From an uncultured Alphaproteobacteria bacterium (GTDB taxonomy: Bacteria > Pseudomonadota > Alphaproteobacteria > RF32 > CAG-239), in NCBI GenBank assembly GCA_944392255.1, contig CALXVY010000006.1:6557-70556 (forward strand): a stretch of 64,000 nucleotides of DNA, given 5' to 3'. This document shows, in pieces, positions 28,777 through 38,112 of the stretch. Within the stretch, counting starts at the first letter, position 1; each line of letters opens with the position of its first letter. The position numbers and the translations under genes are program-made. A model generated the notes under the pieces. It ran no database searches and was not told the DNA's origin. It saw nothing but the letters and a program-made list of their open reading frames with translations.

Positions 28777-30132
28777 ATGGATTTTTTTAGTGGTGGTAAA
28801 TTATTTGGAAATTCAGATAATAAATCTCAACAAGCTCCTTTAAATAGATCAGCTGCCAGACAAGTGCCTGCTGGACAAACTCCTGCTGAAAGAGCTACTA
28901 TTCCTAATGAAAATATTAATAAAACAAATATTAATCAGCAGCAAGGTCAACAAGTTCATCCTTCACAAGGTCTAAGACCAACTCAAAACCCTCAAATAAA
29001 TAGTACTGTTCAATCACCATCTAAACCTGTAAATCAGATGCAAAATGCTGCACCTCAAGGTCAACAAAAGCTTAAAGAAACTATTCCCAGTTCAGAATCT
29101 TTAAAAGAATCGTATGTTCAGCCTAAGCAACAGAATATTGAACATTTGTCCTCAGCTACAAGTGTTCCTGAAAGTTTAGGTTTGATTAATGATGTTAAGT
29201 TTTCTGATGTGTATGTTACTCCTGATAAAAAGTGTTATATTTGGAGCGGAAAAACTGATTGTGGTTTGAAATATGTCAATTTCCAAGATTTTCCGGAATT
29301 CTTTGCTAAAATGGAAAGTTTATATGACGGAAATAGAAGCTATTTGCTTAATTATCATAATAGAAATTATCGTGTTGAAAGAACAATTGCTTTGGAAGGA
29401 CCGCAATATTGTGCTCGAAAAATGCCGATTGAGGTTCCTGATTTGAAACAACTTGGTTTTCCTAGCGGTGTTTTGAGCCATTTGATTTCTATTGCCGGAT
29501 GTAGCGGCTTGATACTTTTGGCCGGAGCTACCGGCTCTGGTAAAAGTACAACAGTTTCTGCTCTTTTGAAAGAATATTTGGAGAGAAAAGGTGGATATGC
29601 TTTTACCATTGAAGATCCGATTGAAATGCCTCTTGATGGGGTCTATGTGACAAAAGAAGGTGAACTCGGGTTATGTAAGCAAACAACACCACCTGATGGT
29701 TCTTGGGAAGAAGGTATTAAATCTGCTTTGCGTTCAAAGCCACGTTATATTTATTTAGGCGAGATTCGTTCTCCAGATGTTGCTAGTGAGGCTTTGCGTG
29801 CTGCAACCTCTGGACACTTGGTATTATCTACTATTCACGCAAACAATGTGAGTGATGCCATAAACGCTTTGGTAAAATATGCTGCATCAAGTGGTATTTC
29901 AGAAGAAATGGCATATGAACTGGTGGCTAACGGCTTTTTGGGTTGTATTCACCAAATTTTGACCGGAGCTCCTAAACGTGCTATTTTAACATATCTTTTT
30001 GCTAATCCTGACGTTAATGCCGGTTGTCAAGTTCGAGGTATGCTTCGAAGCGGAAAGTTAAATATGGCAACATTGATTGATCAACAGCGAGTCAAATTAG
30101 AGAAAAATTTACCGATATTTAGTCGTTTCTAA
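28777..30132 (+). CDS. PilT/PilU-like secretion-family hexameric ATPase with a ~150-aa Q/N/P-rich N-terminal extension
   Basis: Walker A LLAGATGSGKST, Asp box FTIEDPIE, Walker B PRYIYLGEIR, His box LVLSTIHANN. The N-terminus is low-complexity (QQGQQVHPSQG..). Confidence 0.8.
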   Translation: MDFFSGGKLFGNSDNKSQQAPLNRSAARQVPAGQTPAERATIPNENINKTNINQQQGQQVHPSQGLRPTQNPQINSTVQSPSKPVNQMQNAAPQGQQKLKETIPSSESLKESYVQPKQQNIEHLSSATSVPESLGLINDVKFSDVYVTPDKKCYIWSGKTDCGLKYVNFQDFPEFFAKMESLYDGNRSYLLNYHNRNYRVERTIALEGPQYCARKMPIEVPDLKQLGFPSGVLSHLISIAGCSGLILLAGATGSGKSTTVSALLKEYLERKGGYAFTIEDPIEMPLDGVYVTKEGELGLCKQTTPPDGSWEEGIKSALRSKPRYIYLGEIRSPDVASEALRAATSGHLVLSTIHANNVSDAINALVKYAASSGISEEMAYELVANGFLGCIHQILTGAPKRAILTYLFANPDVNAGCQVRGMLRSGKLNMATLIDQQRVKLEKNLPIFSRF

Positions 30133-30140
30133 GGTTATTA

Positions 30141-30169
30141 AAAAAGCTCCGGAAATTCGGGGCTTTTTT
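30141..30169 (+). terminator. Intrinsic terminator
   Basis: AGCTCCGGAAATTCGGGGCT followed by T6. Confidence 0.6.
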
Positions 30170-30237
30170 CTTTGCTTGACAAGCAAAGCCTCCTGCAATA
30201 GCTTATAAATCAAGTTAATTTATGAGGGCAAATCTGA

Positions 30238-32505
30238 ATGAAAAAAGAACTTTTGGCACCGGCCGGTGATATTGAAGCCGGTTATGCGGCGCTTTACTAC
30301 GGGGCTGATGCAGTTTATCTTGGTTTGAAAAACTTTTCAGCACGCGCAACTGCGGCTAATTTTGACGAACAACAACTTAATGAGTTTGTGGCTTTTGCGC
30401 ATCATCTCAATCGCAAGGTTTATGTGGCAATTAATACTTTGGTACAAGAGCACGAAATGCCGCAACTTCTTCAAACTTTGGATTTGTGTTCAAAATATCA
30501 CGTCGATGCCATCATTATTCAAGATTTGGGTGTGGCACGCATTATTCACGAGCAATATCCCGAGCTTGAAATGCACGCCAGTACGCAAATGGCGGTGCAT
30601 AATAAAGAAGGGGCATTATCTTTGCAAAAAATAGGTTTTACTCGGGTGGTTTTGGCGCGCGAACTGCATCTTTCCGAAATCAAAGAAATTGCCTCTATTC
30701 CCAATTTAGAGACCGAAGCCTTTATTCATGGGGCTTTGTGTTATTCTTATAGCGGACTTTGTCTGTTTTCTTCTTTTGAAACCGGAAAAAGTGCCAACAG
30801 AGGAAAATGCTTATATCCTTGCCGTGCTTCTTTTGAAGGTGAAGCCGGTAAAAAACACTATTTTTCAATGAAGGATATGGCTCTGCAAGAAAAAATATTG
30901 GATATGCCGGTGACTTCGCTTAAAATTGAAGGACGCAAAAAGACTGCGCTTTATGTGGCAGCCGTTACTGATTATTATCGTCGGATTTTGGACGGAAAGG
31001 GCGCCGATAGCATACGAGAAGAACATATTAAGCAGATTTTTTCTCGTCCATGGACGGATTTTCATTTCAAAGGCAAAAACAAAAATGTGATTGACCGCGA
31101 TTTTGTCGGACATCGCGGACTTCTTATCGGTAAAATTGAAAAAATTGCCAAGAACAAGCTCTTTTTTAAAACGAATCATAAAATTGCCCGCTATGACGGA
31201 ATTCAGATTGATGTGAGCGGAGATGAAAAGCCGTTTGGTTTTTCTCTGCAATTTTTGAAAGTTAACGGCAAAAATGTTTATGAAGCCGAGAAAAACACAC
31301 TCGTAGAAATTTCTTTACCACCGAAAACACCTGAACTTTCTTTGGGTGAAAATATTTATTTAGCATCTTCAAGTGAAGTGAAAGGGGCTTACCCTTACAC
31401 CAAACCCAAACCGAAAGAATTTATGCGTCGAGACGAAGTTAAGGTTGAGGTTAAAGTCAGCTCGACAGAAATCACAGCTTCAGCTAACGGTATATCAACC
31501 AAAGTCAGCGGAGAATTTACACCGGCACAGAATCCGGATAAAGTAAAGTCTGCGATTGAAACGGCTTTTGGCAAAACCGGTGATACCAATTTCACACTTG
31601 GTGGTATTAGTATTGATAACCCAAAAAATTTGTTTGCGCCGGCATCTCTTTTGAATGAATTGCGTCGTGATTTGTATGCGCAAATCAAAATTGAAGACAA
31701 ACATGGCTCAATGCCTGAAATTTCTACGCCCAGAGCTCAACAAGCTCCGCAATGGGTAATTAAGACGGATGACCTTGCCAGTCTTACGCAGATTGATTTA
31801 GATAAGGTTGCTGAAGTTATTTGGTTGATTTCTCCAAGTTCAAAAGCAGAAGAGCTGAAAGCTCTGCCTAAAAACAAGGTTCGTATTGCGTTGCCTGCCG
31901 TTTGCCGTAAGCCTCAGCTTTATACTAAGCTCATTGCCGAACTTTTATCTCAAGGCTATAAGAAATGGGAAATCGGGCATTATTGGGGCTTGTCGGTTTT
32001 ACCTGAAAAAGGTGTAGATATTTCTTTTGATGCTTCTATCTATACGCTCAACACACAAGCAATAGAACAAGCCAAAGAAATGAATGCAACACGTATCACC
32101 TTAGCTTTGGAAGATGATTTATCAAATATGCAAGAGCTTGCAGATAAATCTTCACTACCACTTTCTATGGTTGTTTATCAAGACAGTCCATTATTTACCA
32201 GTGCTGACTGTATTCGTTCCAACGATTGCAAAAATTGTCCGCAGGGCGAAAAATGGCTGAACTTAAAACGCGATGGCAAGACATATCAGGCACTTTCTAA
32301 AGATTGTCAGATTATGTTATTCTCCGAAAATCCGTATTGTGTCGCTTCAGAAGCCAAAAATATCAAAGCAGATTTTTATCGTGCGGATTTTTGCTACAAA
32401 AAATATGCTTCCGATAAGGTTTTGAAAATATTTGAAAAATTAACCAAATTTGAAGACATTTTGCCTTGTAATAAAGCCAATGTGGCAAGAAACGGATTAA
32501 TGTAA
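30238..32505 (+). CDS. Peptidase U32 family protein, long form (755 aa)
   Basis: LLAPAGD, GADAVYLG, and the U32 signature region EAFIHGALCYSYSGLCLFSS. Confidence 0.85.
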   Translation: MKKELLAPAGDIEAGYAALYYGADAVYLGLKNFSARATAANFDEQQLNEFVAFAHHLNRKVYVAINTLVQEHEMPQLLQTLDLCSKYHVDAIIIQDLGVARIIHEQYPELEMHASTQMAVHNKEGALSLQKIGFTRVVLARELHLSEIKEIASIPNLETEAFIHGALCYSYSGLCLFSSFETGKSANRGKCLYPCRASFEGEAGKKHYFSMKDMALQEKILDMPVTSLKIEGRKKTALYVAAVTDYYRRILDGKGADSIREEHIKQIFSRPWTDFHFKGKNKNVIDRDFVGHRGLLIGKIEKIAKNKLFFKTNHKIARYDGIQIDVSGDEKPFGFSLQFLKVNGKNVYEAEKNTLVEISLPPKTPELSLGENIYLASSSEVKGAYPYTKPKPKEFMRRDEVKVEVKVSSTEITASANGISTKVSGEFTPAQNPDKVKSAIETAFGKTGDTNFTLGGISIDNPKNLFAPASLLNELRRDLYAQIKIEDKHGSMPEISTPRAQQAPQWVIKTDDLASLTQIDLDKVAEVIWLISPSSKAEELKALPKNKVRIALPAVCRKPQLYTKLIAELLSQGYKKWEIGHYWGLSVLPEKGVDISFDASIYTLNTQAIEQAKEMNATRITLALEDDLSNMQELADKSSLPLSMVVYQDSPLFTSADCIRSNDCKNCPQGEKWLNLKRDGKTYQALSKDCQIMLFSENPYCVASEAKNIKADFYRADFCYKKYASDKVLKIFEKLTKFEDILPCNKANVARNGLM

Positions 32506-32566
32506 AAAATTTTTTGAACCATATTGAAACTCTCGTCGTTATAAATATATGTAAGGGAGGTAAACA

Positions 32567-32821
32567 ATGGAAGATATTTCAAAATTACTCAAAGAAGCAA
32601 AACCATTGTATTTTGCACGCAAGCGTCGCAACAACATTATAAAATCTGTTTGTGCCATGTTTGTCGGTGTGGTAATGCTTGGTTCTTTGTGGCCGCAACA
32701 ACAAAGCGAGTTTGATATCTACGGATATTATTTTATGTTGGATGATAGCACTTTAACCTCATCTAACCTTGCGGAATATGGTTTGCCCACAGATGATTAC
32801 GGACTTTTGATGGTTGGCTAA
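32567..32821 (+). CDS. Small single-pass membrane protein (84 aa), abutting the ECF sigma gene
   Basis: SD GGGAGG. TM SVCAMFVGVVMLGSLW. Its stop is directly followed by the sigma gene ATG. Confidence 0.6.
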   Translation: MEDISKLLKEAKPLYFARKRRNNIIKSVCAMFVGVVMLGSLWPQQQSEFDIYGYYFMLDDSTLTSSNLAEYGLPTDDYGLLMVG

Positions 32822-33316
32822 ATGAAAGAGATAATTGCGGAATATGGCGGACTTATCAGATCCGTTATCAAAAAAATTACCGGTTCTTATAATGAAGATA
32901 TTGAACAGGAAGTTTATATTAAAACCTGGAAAAATATGGAAAATTATCAAGAACAGGGAAAATTCTCAAGCTGGCTCAGTACGTTAACGGCCAATGTTTG
33001 TAGAGATTATTTCAAATCTAAGCAACATATTATGGAGACAAAGCAAGTCAGCGGAGAGGAGATTTTGGATAAGGTGAAAGTCGGCGGCAGGCAAGAAGAA
33101 GTGATTGATGCTAAAAAACGTCAGAAAATTATTCTTAAAGCCGTTGATGATTTGCCTAGAAAAATGCGCCAAGTGGTGATTTTGTTTGAGTTTGAAGAAA
33201 AATCTTATGAAGAAATTTCTAAAAAACTCGGACTTCCGGTTGGTACGATTAAATCCAGATTGTTTAACGCCCGTAAAATTTTGAGCGAAAAACTTAAATT
33301 CTTGAAGGAGAACTAA
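32822..33316 (+). CDS. ECF-type sigma-70 family sigma factor
   Basis: Region 2 (EDIEQEVYIKTWKN, FSSWLSTLTANVCRDY) and region 4 HTH (SYEEISKKLGLPVGTIKSRLFNARKIL). Confidence 0.85.
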   Translation: MKEIIAEYGGLIRSVIKKITGSYNEDIEQEVYIKTWKNMENYQEQGKFSSWLSTLTANVCRDYFKSKQHIMETKQVSGEEILDKVKVGGRQEEVIDAKKRQKIILKAVDDLPRKMRQVVILFEFEEKSYEEISKKLGLPVGTIKSRLFNARKILSEKLKFLKEN

Positions 33317-33317
33317 T

Positions 33318-33809
33318 ATGAAAAAAACTTTTTTAACTATGTGCTGTGCTGCTGCTCTTTTGATGGGAACATCCACTTCCTTTGCCCAAGAAAATGATAT
33401 GCCGCCACCGCCGCCGCATCATCCGGAACACGTTATTGATGCTCCGAGACCGCATATGCCTCCTCATGAATTGAGAAAACACAAAGGTCCGAAATTTGAT
33501 AAAGAGTTCAGAAAAGAAATGTCTGAAAAATTTGCAGACAAATTGGGCTTGACCGAGGAACAAAAAGCTCAAGCCGAAAAATTGCGTGAAGCTAACCGCG
33601 CTAAAATGGAACCTTTGATGAAACAAGCTGATGAACTCCGCGGCAAGATGGATGAAATCCGTAAACAAAATATGGAAGATTTTGAAAAAATCTTAACTCC
33701 GGAGCAAAAACAAAAGCTTGATGAAATGAAAGCTAAGCGCGAAGCAAAAATGAAGAAAAAAATGGAAAAACGTGCCGAAAAATGGAAAAAAGAGGCAAAA
33801 AAAAGATAA
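33318..33809 (+). CDS. Periplasmic Spy/CpxP-like LTXXQ protein
   Basis: Signal peptide ending SFAQ. LTEEQKAQ and LTPEQKQK motifs. The 3' end may be longer (A8 run, see findings). Confidence 0.75.
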   Translation: MKKTFLTMCCAAALLMGTSTSFAQENDMPPPPPHHPEHVIDAPRPHMPPHELRKHKGPKFDKEFRKEMSEKFADKLGLTEEQKAQAEKLREANRAKMEPLMKQADELRGKMDEIRKQNMEDFEKILTPEQKQKLDEMKAKREAKMKKKMEKRAEKWKKEAKKR

Positions 33810-33949
33810 AAAAGAGATGAAAAAAGATAAAAAAGACAAAGATTAGTTTTTTATTATCAAAGCATCAGCCCCGTATAAATTGTGGGGCTTTTTTTGTTGA
33901 AAAGACAATTTATGGTGCTAAACTTGTAAAAAAAATAAGGAGAAAAAAG

Positions 33950-34246
33950 ATGCATTTGATTGTTTTTGCTTTGGCTCTGTACGCTCTGATTGCCGAGTGG
34001 CGTAATTATAATTTGCGTTCGCAGCTCATCAAAAAATCGCAAGTTATTCAAAAATATGTTAAGGATAATACTTATTGGTATGCCAATGTTTTGCCTCAAG
34101 CTGATAAACTCTGCCTGATTGAAACAAAAAAAGGCGAGTTCTTGGTTTCTAAACTCAGCGATAAACGCTGGCAGAAGGAAGACGGAGAGGTTGATTTTTC
34201 AGCCATTCGTCGTTGGATGTATATTGAAGATTTGGAAAAACTCTAA
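33950..34246 (+). CDS. Hypothetical membrane-anchored protein (98 aa)
   Basis: SD AAGGAGA, an N-terminal TM, and a TAATG overlap with the next gene. Confidence 0.6.
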   Translation: MHLIVFALALYALIAEWRNYNLRSQLIKKSQVIQKYVKDNTYWYANVLPQADKLCLIETKKGEFLVSKLSDKRWQKEDGEVDFSAIRRWMYIEDLEKL

Positions 34247-34812
34247 TGACTTTGCTCATCTTTTTGCATGGAAAAGGCGGAAACAAAGATTCTCAAGCCG
34301 ATTTTGTCTCCGATTTGGCTCAAAAATATGGTGCAGAATTACTTTCCATTAATGCTCCATACAAATCTACAATTAAAAAAGATGGTTTTTATTGGTTTGA
34401 AAAAGATGAAATCGACGGCAAACGTAAAGTCAGAATGATGGAGTGGTATTGCTCTTTGGTAATGGCTTTGTCTGCTATTGTGACCATGATGCGGGAGAAA
34501 GGTGTCGAAGCTAAAGATGTGATTTTGTGTGGACATTCTCAAGGTGGATTAATTGCTCTTTATTGTGCTCTCAAGCTTGGTGTTAAAGAAGTAATCTCCC
34601 TTAATTCTGATATTCCTGATGAGGTTTTGGAAGATATTGAAGATAATACTCAGGTAAAAATCAAATGGGTTCAAGGTGCAAAAGACGACTTTTTAGATGA
34701 AAAGCGCAAAGAATCTTATAAAAATCTGCCAAAAAATTTGGATTTTGAGTATATTATCAGTCCGAATTCAACACATAACCTATTGGATAAAGAAATTTTG
34801 GATTTGTTATGA
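34246..34812 (+). CDS. Alpha/beta hydrolase, phospholipase/carboxylesterase type
   Basis: LIFLHGKGG and nucleophile elbow GHSQGG. Confidence 0.8.
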   Translation: MTLLIFLHGKGGNKDSQADFVSDLAQKYGAELLSINAPYKSTIKKDGFYWFEKDEIDGKRKVRMMEWYCSLVMALSAIVTMMREKGVEAKDVILCGHSQGGLIALYCALKLGVKEVISLNSDIPDEVLEDIEDNTQVKIKWVQGAKDDFLDEKRKESYKNLPKNLDFEYIISPNSTHNLLDKEILDLL

Positions 34813-35267
34813 AATTAAGAAAATTTGAAGGAAAAGATATTCCACAAGTCTTAGAAATTTGTCGCGCTATGCGTGAGCATCATCGAAAAGTGTTGCATGG
34901 CTATTTTAAGCCGATTGATGAAAACTATGAGCTAAAATCTTTGCAAGAAACGCTAACAGATGATGATGCTTTTGCTTTGGTGGCAGAAGAGGGGGATACT
35001 ATCTGCGGATGGCTTTGTGCCGAGTTTACCTCTCGTCCATATTTGGAAAATGAAAGCTTTTGCCACGTTTGCGAGCTTGGGGTATTGCCTGATTTTCGTC
35101 GTCAAGGAATAGCCGAAAGCTTGATGAAAAAGCTCTTTGAGGAAGCCAAAAATCGCGGAATTTCCGAAATTAATCTCGGTGTATTTAATGATAACACAAT
35201 GGCTTATAAATTTTATCAAAAGTTAGGCTTTAAGCCGCTAGAGCAAAAGATGAAAATAAATATTTGA
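34809..35267 (+). CDS. GNAT family N-acetyltransferase
   Basis: LGVLPDFRRQGIAESLM motif. ATGA overlap with the upstream gene. Confidence 0.8.
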   Translation: MKLRKFEGKDIPQVLEICRAMREHHRKVLHGYFKPIDENYELKSLQETLTDDDAFALVAEEGDTICGWLCAEFTSRPYLENESFCHVCELGVLPDFRRQGIAESLMKKLFEEAKNRGISEINLGVFNDNTMAYKFYQKLGFKPLEQKMKINI

Positions 35268-35341
35268 CAAAAAATCTTTTTTGCAATATCTTATTTTTGT
35301 CTAAAAATTAAAAACAAATTATTAACCAAAAAATATTTTTT

Positions 35342-35647
35342 ATGAAACCGCGAAAAAAATACAAAAGACGAAATTTGACAAGAGTTTCGGCATCTACTTA
35401 TCAGAAAGATGGCAAAATGATGGTATCTACCTGGGGGCTTTATAAGGCGTATTGCCAGAATGGATATTGTACGTATGAAGAAGCGGAAGCTCTCATTGGA
35501 GAATGTCATTCTGATTGTCTTTATGCAGACGATACACTTTCTATTGGTAGTTTTGAATTTAGAAAAGGGGATCGCGTTGATGTGTGGCTGCAAGATAATG
35601 GAAATCGCGCAGTGCTTGCGGCAGAGACAGACTTTTCATTGTTTTAA
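35342..35647 (+). CDS. Hypothetical protein (101 aa), basic N-terminus, Cys-containing
   Basis: Protein-like composition and a following terminator. No SD, so the start is uncertain. Confidence 0.45.
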   Translation: MKPRKKYKRRNLTRVSASTYQKDGKMMVSTWGLYKAYCQNGYCTYEEAEALIGECHSDCLYADDTLSIGSFEFRKGDRVDVWLQDNGNRAVLAAETDFSLF

Positions 35648-35692
35648 TAAATAAATCCCGCTGATTTTAGAAATCAACGGGATTTATTTTTG

Positions 35693-37297
35693 TTAGTTCA
35701 GCTCTTTTTTCAAAATATCTTCGGTTAGAAGTTGTGGTAGAATTTTATAATCATTACTATGTCCGTCATAATAGATATACAGTGGAATGCTGTTTCTGCC
35801 ATAAGCTTGCAAAGCTTTGGATATTTCTTCATCATGGTTGGTCCAATCGGCCATGAATAAATGAATGTTCTTTTCTGTAACGATCTCACCAAAAGCTTCT
35901 GATTGCAGAGCCAATTTTTTATTAACCAGACAAGTAATGCACCATTTGGCAGTAAAGTCGATAAAGACTTTTTGATTATCTTGAACCAAGGTTTCTACCT
36001 TTGCCGTATCATACTTTTGCCAATTCATACGACGGGGCATTTCTTGCGGTGTGCCTTGAAGCTGATTGAACAAAACCCAAACCAACCAAACAACGGTTAA
36101 AAATACTGGAATGGCAAAGATTTTTTTGAAAATTTCCATCCATTTACCGGGTTTGGGTAAAATTTTGTGTACGGCTTTAGGATAAAATCCGGCCAAGGTA
36201 AAAGGCAAGGCATAGCCGATACTCAAAGATAAAAAGATTGGGTAAAAGATATATAACGGTTGCGAGAGCGTGTAACCGATGGCAATACCCATAAACGGAG
36301 CTGTGCAGGGACTGGCTACCAAAACTGCAAAGAAACCAGTGACAAAAGCATTAATTCTGCGTTTGGCAAAAGAAATGCGTCCGACCTTGTTGGCAAATGG
36401 ATTGTTGAGGTTAACCACATCTAACAACATTAAAAAAATGATGCTGAAAACCACAATCATGATTGCAACAAAAATCGGTGATTGAAGCTGAAAGCCCCAG
36501 CCGATTTCTTCTCCGGTGTGACGGAACCACAAAAGCAGAGTTGCCATCAGCATAAATGAAGCAACAACACCGGCAAAGTAGATTAAAGCCTCTATTCGGC
36601 ATTTGATTTTATTATAGGTTCCTTGAGCCAGAGAAACGGCTTTTAAGGTAAGAATCGGAAATACACAAGGCATGAAGTTCAAAATTAAACCACCCAAAAA
36701 AGCCATGAACATAACCGCTAAAAAGCTTTGATCTTCAATGTCGGTTTTATGCTCTTGATACATTTTTTGTGAGGCCATGGACATTTCGGCAAAATCTTTA
36801 GAAACGAGCATATCCTTTTTTGTGACCGGTAGCGTAAAGTTAAAGTCAAATTTTTCGGGAATACACTCATCTTTACATGCCAGCCAACTGACTTGACCTT
36901 TAAAGTTTAAGCGACCAATGGCAGCATGATATGGTTTGATTGAAGTGCGATAGTAGGCTGTCTTATCATAACCATATTGAACAATACCTTCGGTCTCAAA
37001 GCGCTGAAAACGGCTCCATTCTTCAGGGCCTAGTTCAAACCATGTCGGAAGTTGCCATGTTACCGTGGTCGGAAGACCTATATCTCCAGGGTTTTGTGCA
37101 AAAATGTGCCAACCGTTTTTCATTTCAAACTTAACGAGAACGTCTAAATTTTGGCGTGGGTTAATTTCATCAAAACCGGTCAACAGAGTGGCTTTTACCT
37201 TATCTGTTTCATAGTGTTGCATGAAAGCTTTACTTTCTCCGGCATAAGACAAAGCAAAGAACAGAAGCGCTAAAAACAGGTAATTTTTGAACTTCAT
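35693..37297 (-). CDS. dsbD: DsbD-family thiol:disulfide interchange (protein-disulfide reductase) membrane protein
   Basis: N-terminal periplasmic domain with WLACKDECIP. Transmembrane Cys motifs MPCVFPIL and SPCTAPF. C-terminal thioredoxin WCITC. Confidence 0.85.
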   Translation of the reverse strand: MKFKNYLFLALLFFALSYAGESKAFMQHYETDKVKATLLTGFDEINPRQNLDVLVKFEMKNGWHIFAQNPGDIGLPTTVTWQLPTWFELGPEEWSRFQRFETEGIVQYGYDKTAYYRTSIKPYHAAIGRLNFKGQVSWLACKDECIPEKFDFNFTLPVTKKDMLVSKDFAEMSMASQKMYQEHKTDIEDQSFLAVMFMAFLGGLILNFMPCVFPILTLKAVSLAQGTYNKIKCRIEALIYFAGVVASFMLMATLLLWFRHTGEEIGWGFQLQSPIFVAIMIVVFSIIFLMLLDVVNLNNPFANKVGRISFAKRRINAFVTGFFAVLVASPCTAPFMGIAIGYTLSQPLYIFYPIFLSLSIGYALPFTLAGFYPKAVHKILPKPGKWMEIFKKIFAIPVFLTVVWLVWVLFNQLQGTPQEMPRRMNWQKYDTAKVETLVQDNQKVFIDFTAKWCITCLVNKKLALQSEAFGEIVTEKNIHLFMADWTNHDEEISKALQAYGRNSIPLYIYYDGHSNDYKILPQLLTEDILKKELN

Positions 37298-37302
37298 CGG
37301 TA

Positions 37303-38019
37303 TTATTCTTTCGGTGTACGTTGTGCAATTACAAAGTTATAATATGCGGTAATGACAACACTGCAAGCTTTGATAAAGCATAAAATACCCAAAATAATGG
37401 CTATGGGTAAAAATGCAGATGGAAGTACGCATAAGATAATCATACCGACCAAAGTTTCAAAACCTTGAGCAAAACCGCCAAGATAGAAAGGAGATTTGGT
37501 AATTTCTAACTTTTGGCGAGAGTTGTTTTTATAAGCGACAATGGCATACGCCAACATTGCGCAGGCAGAAGAGGTGAAAGCAAACAACAAAAAGCTTGCG
37601 GCGACGGCATTCTCATATGGATTTGCCAATGCAAAACCAAAAATCAAACCAGCATAGAAAACATAATCTAAAGTGGCATCTAAGAAAATACCGAACTCGG
37701 TTACTTTGGTGTGACGAGCTAAGGCGCCGTCCAAAGCATCAAACAAGCGGTTTAACAAAATGCAGATTAAAGCGGCAACAAAATTTGACATGGACAAGAA
37801 GTTGATTGCCAGCAAACCGATAACAAAACCCAAGATGCTAATCATATTGGCAGAAATACCAAATTTATGGAAATATTTTGCGGCAGATGAGATTAACGCA
37901 CATGTTTTCTCAATTGTTATTTGGTAGACTTGAGTGCAATTTTGACCCATTTTTTTCAATTTAGGATTATCTAATTTTGCTTTAGCTTGTTTTGCCATTG
38001 ATTTTAGTTTGTTTAACAT
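37303..38019 (-). CDS. CDP-alcohol phosphatidyltransferase family protein
   Basis: DALDGALARHTKVTEFGIFLDATLD fits DG(x2)AR(x7-8)G(x3)D(x3)D. Start uncertain. Confidence 0.8.
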   Translation of the reverse strand: MLNKLKSMAKQAKAKLDNPKLKKMGQNCTQVYQITIEKTCALISSAAKYFHKFGISANMISILGFVIGLLAINFLSMSNFVAALICILLNRLFDALDGALARHTKVTEFGIFLDATLDYVFYAGLIFGFALANPYENAVAASFLLFAFTSSACAMLAYAIVAYKNNSRQKLEITKSPFYLGGFAQGFETLVGMIILCVLPSAFLPIAIILGILCFIKACSVVITAYYNFVIAQRTPKE

Positions 38020-38112
38020 TATACTAACCTTTCTAACAATGTTTTAGTTGCGATTATCATAAAATAAATTTAAATTAATTGAAATATTTAATTGTAATGG
38101 GTGTAAATAAGT

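Noticed and set aside
35291-35593. 100-aa minus-strand ORF overlapping 35342..35647(+).
   Set aside because: Its composition is implausible (FRFFIRTISILAIRLI..) and it has no terminator. The plus-strand ORF has a protein-like sequence and a downstream terminator, though it too gets only moderate confidence.
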